The notes under the pieces are model-generated. The model was not told the origin of the DNA. It searched no databases and worked only from the letters and a program-made list of their open reading frames with translations. Below are positions 63,739-64,000 of a stretch of DNA of 64,000 bases, piece by piece; the first letter of the stretch is position 1; each line of letters opens with the position of its first letter. Source of the stretch: Pavona decussata (lineage: Eukaryota); NCBI GenBank assembly GCA_977016875.1, contig CDRNST010000008.1, forward strand, positions 1,674,001-1,738,000. Reading direction: 5' to 3'. The position numbers and the translations under genes were made by a program.

Positions 63739-64000
63739 TGTAAGTACCATGTTTTGCTATTTACCCTTAATTTTCGTGGGGGCAGGTTTCGTAGAGAAAC
63801 CGCCCCCCCTTTCCTAGGAGGGTTTTGCCATTAACTGAAATCCCTGGATCCACTCCAGATTTTCATAGCCATGTTTGCATTCATTTTGGGTCACTCAGGG
63901 GTTGAGGAAAACCCCCGAGCAAGCATTTGAAAACAGAAGGCTCTTCTGTTGCGATTCCAACACCCACCCACACACACACACCTGATACTACAATTGTGGT

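Overview
This is AT-rich eukaryotic DNA with GT-AG introns, most likely an animal; the repeat families resemble those of stony corals and other cnidarians (inference). No intact host gene is recognisable. The window is a dense, nested field of mostly decayed transposable elements. In order: the 3' end of a tyrosine-recombinase (Ngaro/DIRS-type) retroelement inserted into the left TIR of a ~9.4 kb Sola3 transposon; a decayed P-like transposase split by two tRNA-derived SINEs; LINE fragments and MITEs; an intron-containing IS630/Tc1 element with a convergent SHOCT-tailed gene; two Gypsy 5' halves; an ISL2EU element carrying PHD-PHD-Ulp1; a near-intact Crypton abutting a 190-bp hairpin; a full-length Harbinger with 97-bp TIRs; L1/Tx1 fragments; and an IS3EU-like integrase relic. 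These are followed by a DIRS element with both termini and its ICR (42973-61894), expanded to ~19 kb by two clean insertions. One is a CACTA/EnSpm-like element with a SAM-domain gene. The other, the best candidate for an undescribed system, is a 5.4-kb TIR element with a 6-bp TSD whose protein combines a SAP-like motif, an NHL beta-propeller and a P-element-like catalytic-Glu region. All family calls come from reading motifs by eye; no database search was run. There is an assembly gap at 47316-47449.
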